This document shows, piece after piece, positions 46,059 through 54,932 of a stretch of DNA of 55,801 bases (positions are counted from its first letter, which is position 1; every line of letters begins with the position of its first letter). Where the stretch lies: positions 1 to 55,801 of the forward strand of contig JANPEU010000459.1 of assembly GCA_031423175.1 (NCBI GenBank), read 5' to 3'. The stretch is from Bacteroidota bacterium. Lineage in GTDB: Bacteria; Bacteroidota; Bacteroidia; Chitinophagales; Chitinophagaceae. The notes under the pieces were generated by a model, which searched no databases, was not told the DNA's origin, and saw only the letters and a program-made list of their open reading frames with translations. The position numbers and the translations under genes were made by a program.

Positions 46059-46675
46059 TTATATGCTTTTTTTAATAAAGTCAACGCCATCCTTGCCCTT
46101 GTTTTTACAGTGCCGATTGGCAATTTCAATAATTTTGCCGCCTGCTCATAAGTACATCCTTCAAAATAAATCAAATCTATTACTACCGCATATTTAACAT
46201 CGAGTGTTGCGGCCTTATTTTTTACAGCAATATAATCCAAACGTTCTGCATTTCCAATAACTGTACCGGGTTGTAAAAACTCGTTCTGCCATATATCATC
46301 ATGTACGAGATGCTTATAAAAACGGTTCTTATGTGATCGGATAAAATCAATACCCGTGTTCCTTGCAATATTTAGCATCCATGTATATAACGTACCTTTT
46401 GTTTCATCATAGGTATTTATTTTTTTCCAGACTTTTACAAAGGTTTCCTGTAAAAGGTCTTCCGTTATTTCTTTGTTTTTTATAATCTGAAGTATAACAC
46501 TAAACAGGGCGTCTGCATAATTATTATATAGCAGGGAGAACCCTCTTTCTTTTTTTTGCTGCAACAAATCCAATAAATTTTCTGCAGGTTCTTCCTTTAC
46601 AATTATTTTATACACATTGCTGGCAGGCAAAGTGAGATAAGAAAAGTTGGTTGGTGATTGTGTTGAAATCATCAT
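46055..46675 (-). CDS. ECF-type RNA polymerase sigma factor
   Basis: Region 2 (LLQETFVKVWKKINTYDETKGTLYTWMLNIARN) and region 4 HTH (CTYEQAAKLLKLPIGTVKTRAR). First ATG at 46675. Confidence 0.8.
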   Translation of the reverse strand: MMISTQSPTNFSYLTLPASNVYKIIVKEEPAENLLDLLQQKKERGFSLLYNNYADALFSVILQIIKNKEITEDLLQETFVKVWKKINTYDETKGTLYTWMLNIARNTGIDFIRSHKNRFYKHLVHDDIWQNEFLQPGTVIGNAERLDYIAVKNKAATLDVKYAVVIDLIYFEGCTYEQAAKLLKLPIGTVKTRARMALTLLKKAYK

Positions 46676-46763
46676 GCAAAATAGTTTTGTCTGTTTATGA
46701 AATAGTTTAATTAGTTGTTTCAAAAAAAATCCTGCTTCTTAAAAGGCCCTGTTATCATACTAT

Positions 46764-47111
46764 TCAATCATATTTACCAGTATCTAACAGCCCGATATTC
46801 TTTCCCAGCTTTTGGTATACCAGTTTTTTTGGATTACTATCCTTTATCTCGAAATAAGAAAGCTGGAGAGCTATCCGCAGCAAAAAGGTAAATATGCCCA
46901 CATAGTTTTGATCGTATGTAAATGGTTGTTTCCGTATTGTTATAAAGGTGTCGGTGAGTATTTTCTCGGCTATTTCTTCTGACTCCACAATGGGATAAAC
47001 TGCCTCGAAAATATTTGCAGAAAACATATCATACAGGAATTCAAAATCTTTCCTGCTATTGCAATTCAAAAATGACGCTTTCATTTGTTCTGGGAGTTTA
47101 TTGTTATGCAT
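46764..47111 (-). CDS. Sigma-70 region-2-only-like small protein
   Basis: FEFLYDMFSANIFEAVYPIVESEEIAEKILTDTFITIRK..GIFTFLLRIA parallels region 2 of the adjacent sigma. There is no region 4. Confidence 0.45.
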   Translation of the reverse strand: MHNNKLPEQMKASFLNCNSRKDFEFLYDMFSANIFEAVYPIVESEEIAEKILTDTFITIRKQPFTYDQNYVGIFTFLLRIALQLSYFEIKDSNPKKLVYQKLGKNIGLLDTGKYD

Positions 47112-47310
47112 TATCTTTATGTTTATTGAATATGAGTAGTGCTCGTTTCACCTAATTTTATTTTTCAAAACTATGTTTACCACAATACCCCTCCAATAGT
47201 GACTATCGCTATTTTTTTTTATATTTTTAACAGGAAATGAATTGGGATAGGTTGCAAAAACAATGTCGATTATCAAATTTTGAATTGGAAAATCAAGTTT
47301 TTTCAACAAT

Positions 47311-48117
47311 ATGAAAACAAGTTATAGGCGATTACAGGATGCCGAAATTCTCTATAACAAAATGCTTGCCCTTGGCAAAAATTATTTTGTACAGGATGAA
47401 ATTTCCGAAAAGGAGAACTTCATGAGAGAGGCTACATTTCTGCTTAGGGGTGTTAGAGGAACTGATGCAGTGATCGGAATTTTCAATCACAACAATTATT
47501 CACCAGTTTTGGAAGTTGGCGAAAAAGAATTTTGGGGCGATCTACCGGAAGTTCCTAAAGAAGAACGGATGGTACAAATTATGTCACTGCTGGATAAAAA
47601 TTATGCTTCTTTTTTTACTGACTCTGTAGAGTGGTTCCAGGCGACCTTAGCGGCTATCCCATTTGAGAACCGGGTAAATATTTCTATTTTTCATTGTGGC
47701 ATACGCTATGTTCGTTTAGACGATTCTCCTATTTGCCTTTTTTCCAAAGGCATGCCCATCCATTATGATGCAAAAAGAAATTTCACCTTCACCTTCAATT
47801 ATGTTCAAAATGTTCATCATCTTTTTAAAAAGGAATTTCCCTATTACTGGATAAGGATTGCTTACGGAGCTAACAAGGAATTTGTGCATACCCTGCATTC
47901 GGCAGATAAAAAATATTCTTCAAAAGATTTATTATCGCTAAGAGAAAAAGAAATATTAAAATTGATTGCTGCAGACTTTGATACCAAAGAAATAGCGGAG
48001 AAACTCTTTATAAGTCCTACTACAGTTGGCCATCACCGCAGCAATATGATTGAAAGAATGGGAGCAAGGGATACCACAGCCCTGTTGCAGCTGGCCAAAA
48101 TGTCAGAATTAATTTGA
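47311..48117 (+). CDS. LuxR-family transcriptional regulator, unknown N-terminal sensor domain (paralog 1)
   Basis: C-terminal HTH LSLREKEILKLIAADFDTKEIAEKLFISPTTVGHHRSNMIERMG. Confidence 0.8.
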   Translation: MKTSYRRLQDAEILYNKMLALGKNYFVQDEISEKENFMREATFLLRGVRGTDAVIGIFNHNNYSPVLEVGEKEFWGDLPEVPKEERMVQIMSLLDKNYASFFTDSVEWFQATLAAIPFENRVNISIFHCGIRYVRLDDSPICLFSKGMPIHYDAKRNFTFTFNYVQNVHHLFKKEFPYYWIRIAYGANKEFVHTLHSADKKYSSKDLLSLREKEILKLIAADFDTKEIAEKLFISPTTVGHHRSNMIERMGARDTTALLQLAKMSELI

Positions 48118-48385
48118 GAACTGATTGTTTCAAAAATATTCAGGTTCTGGAATACTCTTTCGATAAAGCGAAAATTATCCGAAACAGTTTGTTTTCTCAT
48201 TTTGTTCAATAAATAAAGAACTAATTCCGCTAAATGATGAACAAGCAATCTTAATCCGTTTACTATAAAGGGTAAATAATCCCGAATCGTTAACAATTAT
48301 TTCATTTTCAGACAACCACTGCTTATAAGTATTACCTTACAATCAAACTTAATTCATTTAACCCTCAAGTATAAACTTGTAATCG

Positions 48386-49207
48386 ATGGTAAATATTTTA
48401 GACAATGATATTCTTCTTGGCTTAAAAAAAAGCGAGGCCATCTACAATACAGTTTCAGAGTTATCACAATATATTTTTAATGAAGACAGTCTGGCTGGCA
48501 GAGATGCTTACTTAAAAGAACTGGAATTCCTTCTGCAGGGAATAAAAGGTACAGATGCTCACCTTACCATTTTTAACCATACCACATTTGCACCTGAACT
48601 GGAAGTAGGCCACGTGGAGTTTTGGGGGCCATTACCAGAGGGAACAATGCAGGAACGAATGATTACTATCCTTGGTTTACTCAATAAAGAATATGCAAAG
48701 TTTCCTTACGAATCGGTAGAGTGGTTTACTAAAGTGTTGTTGCAGATTCCATTTGTAGAACGGGTAAACATGAAAATTCACCATAGCTGCATGCGATTTA
48801 CCCGGTTGGATGAAAAACCTATTTGCATTTTTTCGCAGGGCATGCCCATACAGGTAGATGAGCAGCGCAACTTTAAATACACCCTTAATTATGTGCAAAA
48901 TATCCATCATCTGATTAAAAAAGATTTTCCCTATTACTGGATACGATTTGCTTACGGACAACAAAAACAATTTGTACAAACCTTTCATTCAAACGATAAA
49001 CTATTTTCGAAAAATGATCTGTTGAGTACAAGAGAAAAAGAAATTTTGAAACTCATTGCCGCCGATATTGATACCAAAGAAATAGCCAAACAACTTTTTA
49101 TCAGTCCGAATACAGTTGGCAATCACCGCAGCAATATGATAGAAAGACTTGGAGCAAGGGATACAACCGCTTTGGTACAGCTGGCTAAGATGACGGAAAT
49201 GATTTAA
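48386..49207 (+). CDS. LuxR-family transcriptional regulator (paralog 2)
   Basis: Collinear with 47311..48117 along its full length, sharing blocks such as FPYYWIR and EVG..EFWG.LPE. Same HTH. Confidence 0.8.
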   Translation: MVNILDNDILLGLKKSEAIYNTVSELSQYIFNEDSLAGRDAYLKELEFLLQGIKGTDAHLTIFNHTTFAPELEVGHVEFWGPLPEGTMQERMITILGLLNKEYAKFPYESVEWFTKVLLQIPFVERVNMKIHHSCMRFTRLDEKPICIFSQGMPIQVDEQRNFKYTLNYVQNIHHLIKKDFPYYWIRFAYGQQKQFVQTFHSNDKLFSKNDLLSTREKEILKLIAADIDTKEIAKQLFISPNTVGNHRSNMIERLGARDTTALVQLAKMTEMI

Positions 49208-49285
49208 ATTATTTTTTCATTAACTAAAAGAAACTGAACTGAATTAACTTTCGTGTTATATAAAAACAATTAAAAGAAAACGGTT

Positions 49286-49537
49286 ATGTCAAATACATTT
49301 AAAGAAACGATTATCGTACAAGGTGAACAGTTACTAAAGAAAATTAAAGAACTGGTTGAAGAAGGGAATGTAAGAAAGATTACCATCCACGATAAAGCAG
49401 ATAAAGAAATCATGTCATTCCCACTTACATTCGGAGTAGTGGGTGCAGTGCTGGCTCCAATACTGGCTGCAGTAGGTGCTGTTGCAGCATTAGTTACCGA
49501 ATGTAGCATTACAGTTGAAAGGGAAGAGAAAAAATAG
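49286..49537 (+). CDS. DUF4342 domain-containing protein
   Basis: EEGNVRKITIHDKADKEIMSFPLTFGVVGAVLAPILAAVGAVAALVTECSITVER pattern. Confidence 0.65.
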   Translation: MSNTFKETIIVQGEQLLKKIKELVEEGNVRKITIHDKADKEIMSFPLTFGVVGAVLAPILAAVGAVAALVTECSITVEREEKK

Positions 49538-49563
49538 AACTGCTGCAGTAAATATTATTTATT

Positions 49564-50511
49564 TCAAGAAGCCATCTTTGGATTCTTTTTCTCCTGTATT
49601 TTCTTTGAAGGGTTCGGTGTTTTGTTTACTTGTATAATAACTCTTACGATATCCACCATCGGTGCACCAATACCCAAACGCTGTGCATTGGTAAAAGCAG
49701 GAATTGCCTGCCGCCCTGTAGGATCAAATACTACATAATCACCATTCAGTTTATTTTCAGCATCCATCAAACTATCTGGTACATAAACCTGTACCCGTAC
49801 TTTTTTATAACTCACCGGAAAATAACGTACATAATAATTTTCATTCTGTTTATACCACTGATCGTATTTCACATTCTTCCTGGTAATTTTTGATTGCTCT
49901 TTCAACACAGCTAAACGTTCAAAACTTTCATAAGAATTAATTCCTCCTTCAAAAAGACGCTTCATATTATTGTTGGCATTTAAAATCCCTGTTGAATAGG
50001 AGACTGTTTTTATAACACCCATTACTCCTCCTTTCAATTCAAATACCTGTTTAGGAGTTAATAACTGCATAGCATCTGACTGAACTGCATGAGAAAGTTT
50101 ATTGAAACTGGAACCACTAACCACAGACCATAATAACAATTGAATATTTTTTTGATCCAATTGCGAATGTTCTCTTGAGTTCAGTAAAACAGATTCTATA
50201 ATATCTTTCCGGTAACCAGTTACAGCTCCCTGCAAATAAGCATCGCCCTGCGAAGGATCGGGAGTTCCCGGTTGCAAACAATACGTTTTAAACTCAGCTT
50301 CATAAAAACCGGGTGCCAACACAAAACCTCCATCCTGTGTTTGTGGCAGATCCATTAATGATTGGGGTTTTTTATCTGGAGCAATTACGGGTTCTGCTGA
50401 AATGGTAGTTTCAATATCCTTGTTGCTTATCGTTTGCTCACTATTTCGTGAGGAAGAGCAGGAACTAAGTAAAACAACAAAAAATAAATTTTTAAGTAGA
50501 GATGTTTGCAT
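49564..50511 (-). CDS. Hypothetical lipoprotein
   Basis: MQTSLLKNLFFVVLLSSCSS lipobox. The ORF-track start at 50532 is a TTG. Confidence 0.6.
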   Translation of the reverse strand: MQTSLLKNLFFVVLLSSCSSSRNSEQTISNKDIETTISAEPVIAPDKKPQSLMDLPQTQDGGFVLAPGFYEAEFKTYCLQPGTPDPSQGDAYLQGAVTGYRKDIIESVLLNSREHSQLDQKNIQLLLWSVVSGSSFNKLSHAVQSDAMQLLTPKQVFELKGGVMGVIKTVSYSTGILNANNNMKRLFEGGINSYESFERLAVLKEQSKITRKNVKYDQWYKQNENYYVRYFPVSYKKVRVQVYVPDSLMDAENKLNGDYVVFDPTGRQAIPAFTNAQRLGIGAPMVDIVRVIIQVNKTPNPSKKIQEKKNPKMAS

Positions 50512-50750
50512 AAGGGTAGTTTTTTTGAACAATAATTTGCACTTACAAAATCTGAAACTATCCGGTTATTTAAAAGTAATGTGCAGGTAAAATATTGTTA
50601 ACAAATCAGAGAAGGCAGATGATGTGTTAATTTTTCAACTGTGAAATAGTTTTTTTACTTATTCTATTGAAGATTGGTTTCAGATTTTATAATGCCATAC
50701 CAGGTAGAAGCCTCTTATAATGCCAGAAACGAATGCAGACTGAGATATAT

Positions 50751-51430
50751 TTATTCCCTCCTCATAAAGTAAAAATTCATTGACCCAGAAATTTTAAACC
50801 CAAGCCGCTTATAGAGTTCAATAGCCCTCCCGTTGTCTTCCCGCACATGTAAAAAAGGTTGTTGATTTTGTTGAAGTATGAGATGTAGCTGGTGTTGCAG
50901 TAAACTATTCGCATAACCTTTTCCGGTATAATCCGGGTGGGTACATACAGCGCTTATTTCTGTAAAATTTTGTACATGCAATCGTTGACCTGTCATGGCC
51001 ACCAATTTTTCATTATCAAAAATTCCGTAGTATGATCCAAATTTGATTGTTCCTTTTCCAAATGGGCCGGGTTTGGTAAGCTTAGCCAGTTGCACCATTT
51101 GTTCTATATGAGTTTCATCTAATGGTATAATGTTGGAGAACTCTGTTTTGATTTCACTACCCGATTCATATACAAATTGCAATCCTTTTATTTCCTGTTG
51201 TAATTGCCAGCCTGCTGGTTGTATAATTGGAAAAGGAGCAGCATACAAAATTTTGCGACCCAAAGGAAGAATATCATATAGATCTGAAAATCCTTTTTCA
51301 TAACCATTCTCAAAGCCGGCAAAAGGAGAAACCTGTTCATCAAAATATTTTACATTCCCATCACCGAAACTGAGGTGCCGGTCGCCAGAGATCAAAGCAT
51401 GATAAACGGGGTTATGCAATAAATGGTTCA
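50751..51430 (-). CDS. GNAT-family N-acetyltransferase (FR47-like)
   Basis: The C-terminal TGKGYANSLLQHQL..RAIELYKRLGF block. I start at GTG 51430, which avoids overlap with the upstream gene; the alternative start at 51491 is upstream. Confidence 0.65.
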
Positions 51431-51448
51431 CTATGTAAAAGTATTTGA

Positions 51449-52147
51449 TCAATAGAACAACGCTGCGTAGCTCCTTGCAAAAGATTGCCATGCGGCACTA
51501 TCTCTTATCTGCCATAATAAAGTTCCAACCAAAAAGATTACAAACACTACAAGGAATGGTTTGTAGTTCTTCTTTCTGTAAATATCATAACCCAGCAAGA
51601 ATCCAACAATTGCCAGATCCATCAGATCCGTTATTGTCAAAGCAGTTGGAAACTCTACACCAAGGCTTATGAGCCCACGGCCCACACCCGGCCCTATAGC
51701 CACTATGCCGGTGGCAATCATATACCGCATATGTGAAGCAGAATCTTTTCTGTAGATCATTGCCAGTGCCCATAAGATGGCGAAAGAAAAAAGACCCCTG
51801 ATATCAAGCACCATGATGCCCAAATTAACCTGCTCAGGAATTTGTCCTATTCCCCGCCAATAGCCTCCCTTGCCTATCAGAAACAGATAAATGATAATAA
51901 GTGGCCCCAGCACATACGATACTTTACCAATGGTTCTGTGAAGTTGCCTCCTGCCCGTGCTGATCAGCAGGGGTTGCACTATCAGCAACACCAACCACAT
52001 CATCAACAATATTCCGTGAATGTGAATGGTAGTTGTTTTGTCTACAAAATTCGGGAACTGACTGGTGTAAGTCCGATAAAATCCCCATTGTACTCCAATC
52101 ATAATAAGAATGATGAAGATGGCAGTGTTGCGGTAAATTTTCAGCAT
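51449..52147 (-). CDS. Hypothetical integral membrane protein
   Basis: Multiple hydrophobic helices. No recognised family. Confidence 0.6.
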   Translation of the reverse strand: MLKIYRNTAIFIILIMIGVQWGFYRTYTSQFPNFVDKTTTIHIHGILLMMWLVLLIVQPLLISTGRRQLHRTIGKVSYVLGPLIIIYLFLIGKGGYWRGIGQIPEQVNLGIMVLDIRGLFSFAILWALAMIYRKDSASHMRYMIATGIVAIGPGVGRGLISLGVEFPTALTITDLMDLAIVGFLLGYDIYRKKNYKPFLVVFVIFLVGTLLWQIRDSAAWQSFARSYAALFY

Positions 52148-52265
52148 GGCTTGTTATTAAAATTTTTCTGAAGATAATGAAAATAGACATTGACGGACTG
52201 CACTTATTTTATTTTGTTCGGTTGCATGTGGCATCGTGATAACGATGCAGGAAGAGCAGGAGAAA

Positions 52266-52493
52266 TTATTCTTCTTTGGTATTAAATTCACGTTCATCAT
52301 TTTCGTTTAATTCTATAATTCCTGTCCACAAAATAGGTCCCTGTATCTGTAGCCCTTTCTCAACTGCTGTTGATTTAATTTGTTGATAGATCTCATGTGT
52401 AGTAGGGAAAGTTTTTTGCTTGAATACAACAAAATCAGCATTGTAAGATTGACTAGCCGAAGTGGATATAAAGTTTACCAGGAATGTCCGCAT
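52266..52493 (-). CDS. Hypothetical small protein (75 aa)
   Basis: ORF only. No motif. Confidence 0.35.
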   Translation of the reverse strand: MRTFLVNFISTSASQSYNADFVVFKQKTFPTTHEIYQQIKSTAVEKGLQIQGPILWTGIIELNENDEREFNTKEE

Positions 52494-52588
52494 AATGAGT
52501 GTTATTTAAACTGAAAGGTAAAAAAATCTTATGTATGTATAATAGTTTCTTTATTTGATTCAATTTGATAATCATACTGTTCATCGTT

Positions 52589-52742
52589 ATGCTTCGTTTG
52601 CAACGAAGCATCGGTCCCGCCTCATGCGGGGCCGGAAAACAATTCTAATTTAAAACGGCTGCATACTATTTGTAGTTTGACAGCTCCTTTGGAGCTGATG
52701 CTTAGTCGCACCTGTCCCGCAGTATTGCGGGAGACTAAGCAT
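52589..52742. repeat. Cluster of four strong palindromes (REP/BIME-like cluster or structured RNA)
   Basis: 52589-52611 is atgcttcgtt/tgc/aacgaagcat (10 bp). 52613-52633 is ggtcccgc/ctcat/gcggggcc (8 bp, one G.U). 52681-52697 is cagctcc/ttt/ggagctg. 52698-52742 is a two-tier stem, atgcttagtc..gactaagcat enclosing tcccgc/agtatt/gcggga. Confidence 0.8.
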
Positions 52743-52861
52743 AACAACCATATAGTTTTATTTTTCTTTATTGACTCGAAGAACAGGAACACTACGTATA
52801 TCGGGGACAAAAAAGCCACCTGAGCCACAGTAAATTTTGAACGTTTTTGTTAGATTTGCTT

Positions 52862-53983
52862 ATGGCGAATAAGAAAATCGTTATTTGTGATTTTTGTTTT
52901 CAACATATAAATGCGTGGACATATAGAGAGCATGTAATGTTTAAACATAAAGTCAATCTCCCAGATTTAAACATTGAACAAAAAATCGTTGAAGACCAAA
53001 AAAGGATTCAAATGATGAAGGATATTGAAGAGATGGCGAAATTGCAGTCAGAAAAGAAAATTGAAAAATATAAATTAATTAAACCAAATTTAAATGAATA
53101 CTCATTACCTCCTGACCCTTTTGATGAAATAATGAGAGAAATTAATAAAGAACATAAATTAAAAGAAGAGCTTCGTGAAAAAATAAAAATTAAGAAAAAA
53201 GAAGAATTCGAAGAATTTAAAAGCAAAATATTCGAAGAGAATACACATACATATAATGTCATTTGGGACTACATTTCATTTGACGATAATAGTATTAAAA
53301 TTAATCCACAAGGCATTAAAGCTATTGTTAAGCCAATATATCATAAAGGAATTATCAAAAGCCTGAATACAATCAAATCAGAATACTTCTTACGTCTTTA
53401 TTCAAAAAAGATTTATAAGCTAAGCTTCTTTAAAGGAGAATTTGATTCTGCTAAATCACCTGACTGGAATAAAATAATTGAAACAATTGAATTTGCAAAA
53501 GAGTATTACTTATTTAAATATTCTGATTTTAAAAATAGTGGTCGAACAAAAATATTCAACAATTTATCCAACGATGAAATTATATTATTATTTGAAAACT
53601 TATTTGCAAGAAGTAGTTATTTGAAGTATTTAGCATCTTTACAATCAAAGGAATTCCCAATAATTCCAGTTTTAGAGTATTCAAATAAAAACACTGAGGA
53701 AAGTTTCATCTTTAGATTTATTTCAAAGTCGGGCAAAATAATTATCATCTGGGAAAATGTGAATGATTCAAGAGCAAGTCATGTTTTTGTGTTATCAAAA
53801 GAAAAGCATGATGTAATATTACCCTTAATTGAAGATTTTATTTGTACCAAAAGTTTTGACATCAAACGATCTTTGCTTCATGGTGATAACTTTATTTCAC
53901 AAGATTTAAAGCAGAAATTAAATTACCATAGTGGCAAAAGACATATCGGCTTACCACTATATAAGTCTGAGATAAAAGCTTGA
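52862..53983 (+). CDS. Orphan protein: N-terminal C2H2-like zinc finger, K/E-rich coiled coil, about 250-aa unknown C-terminal domain
   Basis: ATG at 52862 (MANKKIVI). C-x2-C-x11-H-x4-H (CDFCFQHINAWTYREHVMFKH). Charged helical region about aa 40-120. AT-rich codon usage. Confidence 0.65.
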   Translation: MANKKIVICDFCFQHINAWTYREHVMFKHKVNLPDLNIEQKIVEDQKRIQMMKDIEEMAKLQSEKKIEKYKLIKPNLNEYSLPPDPFDEIMREINKEHKLKEELREKIKIKKKEEFEEFKSKIFEENTHTYNVIWDYISFDDNSIKINPQGIKAIVKPIYHKGIIKSLNTIKSEYFLRLYSKKIYKLSFFKGEFDSAKSPDWNKIIETIEFAKEYYLFKYSDFKNSGRTKIFNNLSNDEIILLFENLFARSSYLKYLASLQSKEFPIIPVLEYSNKNTEESFIFRFISKSGKIIIIWENVNDSRASHVFVLSKEKHDVILPLIEDFICTKSFDIKRSLLHGDNFISQDLKQKLNYHSGKRHIGLPLYKSEIKA

Positions 53984-54027
53984 ATAGACCTATAAATACA
54001 GTTGTATTAATTCAAATTAGCGAATAC

Positions 54028-54504
54028 CTAAACTAAATCAATCCATTCATTCTCTGAGTAAGTTTTCGAAATATTTGTTTTCCCAACCTTATAATCAATG
54101 TCAAATTTTTTTGGAACTCCATATTGAGGATCTCCTCCTGCAGCAACGTTATCAATTTGAAAACTAAATTGCTTTTTTTCTTCAACAATTTTTTTTATTT
54201 CCTTGGTTATATCCTTAATAATTGTAGGAGTATAATAGGTGGCTTTTATCACTACAATTTCTGAAGCCTTTAGATATTTCCAAATGAATTTTATTATAAG
54301 ATATAATAATAGTAGTAAAAAAAGTGTGCCTATTGTAACATTTTGATTAAGAAATTCCGTAACCCCTTTTAGACTAACATTAAAAAGGCTCGATATCCAA
54401 CTATTTACTGAATCTGCCCAATTAAGATATATTGCCACAATTACTGCAATCAATGATAATAATCCTTGATGCTTGTTACACCATTTTGAAATCAAGTTGA
54501 ACAT
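54028..54504 (-). CDS. Orphan 2-TM membrane protein with small C-terminal beta-rich domain
   Basis: TM1 GLLSLIAVIVAIYL. TM2 IGTLFLLLLLYLIIKFIW. C-terminal VVIKATYYTP..DITKEIKKIV..FQIDNVAAGGDPQYGVPKKFDIDYKVG. Confidence 0.65.
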   Translation of the reverse strand: MFNLISKWCNKHQGLLSLIAVIVAIYLNWADSVNSWISSLFNVSLKGVTEFLNQNVTIGTLFLLLLLYLIIKFIWKYLKASEIVVIKATYYTPTIIKDITKEIKKIVEEKKQFSFQIDNVAAGGDPQYGVPKKFDIDYKVGKTNISKTYSENEWIDLV

Positions 54505-54624
54505 AAAACAGTTTTATGTAAATTACATAATTTCTAATATTATGCCTCTATTAGTAACAATAAAAACAATGTGCCTTTGCGTATTCCATACAACTATCAA
54601 TACTAATGGCCAAAACCATTTCCC

Positions 54625-54789
54625 GTGTTTCATCGGAACACATGGTAGGTAGAAAACAAATCAGAGAGTAGTATCAGCGTTCCGTAGGAACGCATGGTGC
54701 TCATAACAACATTGCACCAAACGTTCCGATGGAACGTTAAGCACATTTCGGTTTTATTGTTTTACCCATCAGATGTTCCTACGGAACAT
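54625..54789. repeat. Array of four GTTCC-N3-GGAAC hairpins (REP-like)
   Basis: 54625-54641 is gtgtttc/atc/ggaacac. 54677-54693 is gcgttcc/gta/ggaacgc. 54720-54738 is aacgttcc/gat/ggaacgtt. 54773-54789 is atgttcc/tac/ggaacat. Spacing between hairpins is 43-53 nt. Confidence 0.85.
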
Positions 54790-54924
54790 GACGGAGTGTT
54801 CGATAAATGCTGAATAGGATTACAGAACGATGAACGGAGCGTCGCAACGGAATTTCAATAGTAGTAACTCAGCCCGGTACAAAATCCTAATTCTTCCTTC
54901 CCTAATGCTTCACCGGGCAAGCCC

Positions 54925-54932
54925 TATATTTG
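54925..54932 (+). promoter_or_regulatory. -7 promoter box (TAtaTTTG) upstream of the carboxyltransferase gene
   Basis: tatatttg lies 15 nt before ATG 54947. Confidence 0.4.

Noticed and set aside
48033-48296. ORF 48033..48296 (-) between and overlapping the LuxR paralogues
   Set aside because: It overlaps the 3' end of the 47311..48117 gene on the antisense strand. It has no motifs or signal and is probably non-coding.
52622-52828. ORF 52622..52828 (-), 68 aa
   Set aside because: It lies entirely over the hairpin cluster. The SRNTAGQ-type peptide is the translation of the TCCCG-N8-CGGGA palindrome, as is SRYLSGQ at 1188-1209. Coding is unlikely.
52589-52845. Retron msr/msd ncRNA hypothesis for the structured region upstream of 52862
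   Set aside because: The downstream ORF has no reverse-transcriptase motifs (no YxDD). No RT gene is nearby. I found no flanking a1/a2-type inverted repeats.
54625-54789. CRISPR array hypothesis for the four evenly spaced hairpins
   Set aside because: The repeats are only 17-19 nt long and are not identical to one another. The spacers are about 25-35 nt and partly similar to each other. No cas genes or leader are present. The array fits REP/BIME-like elements better.
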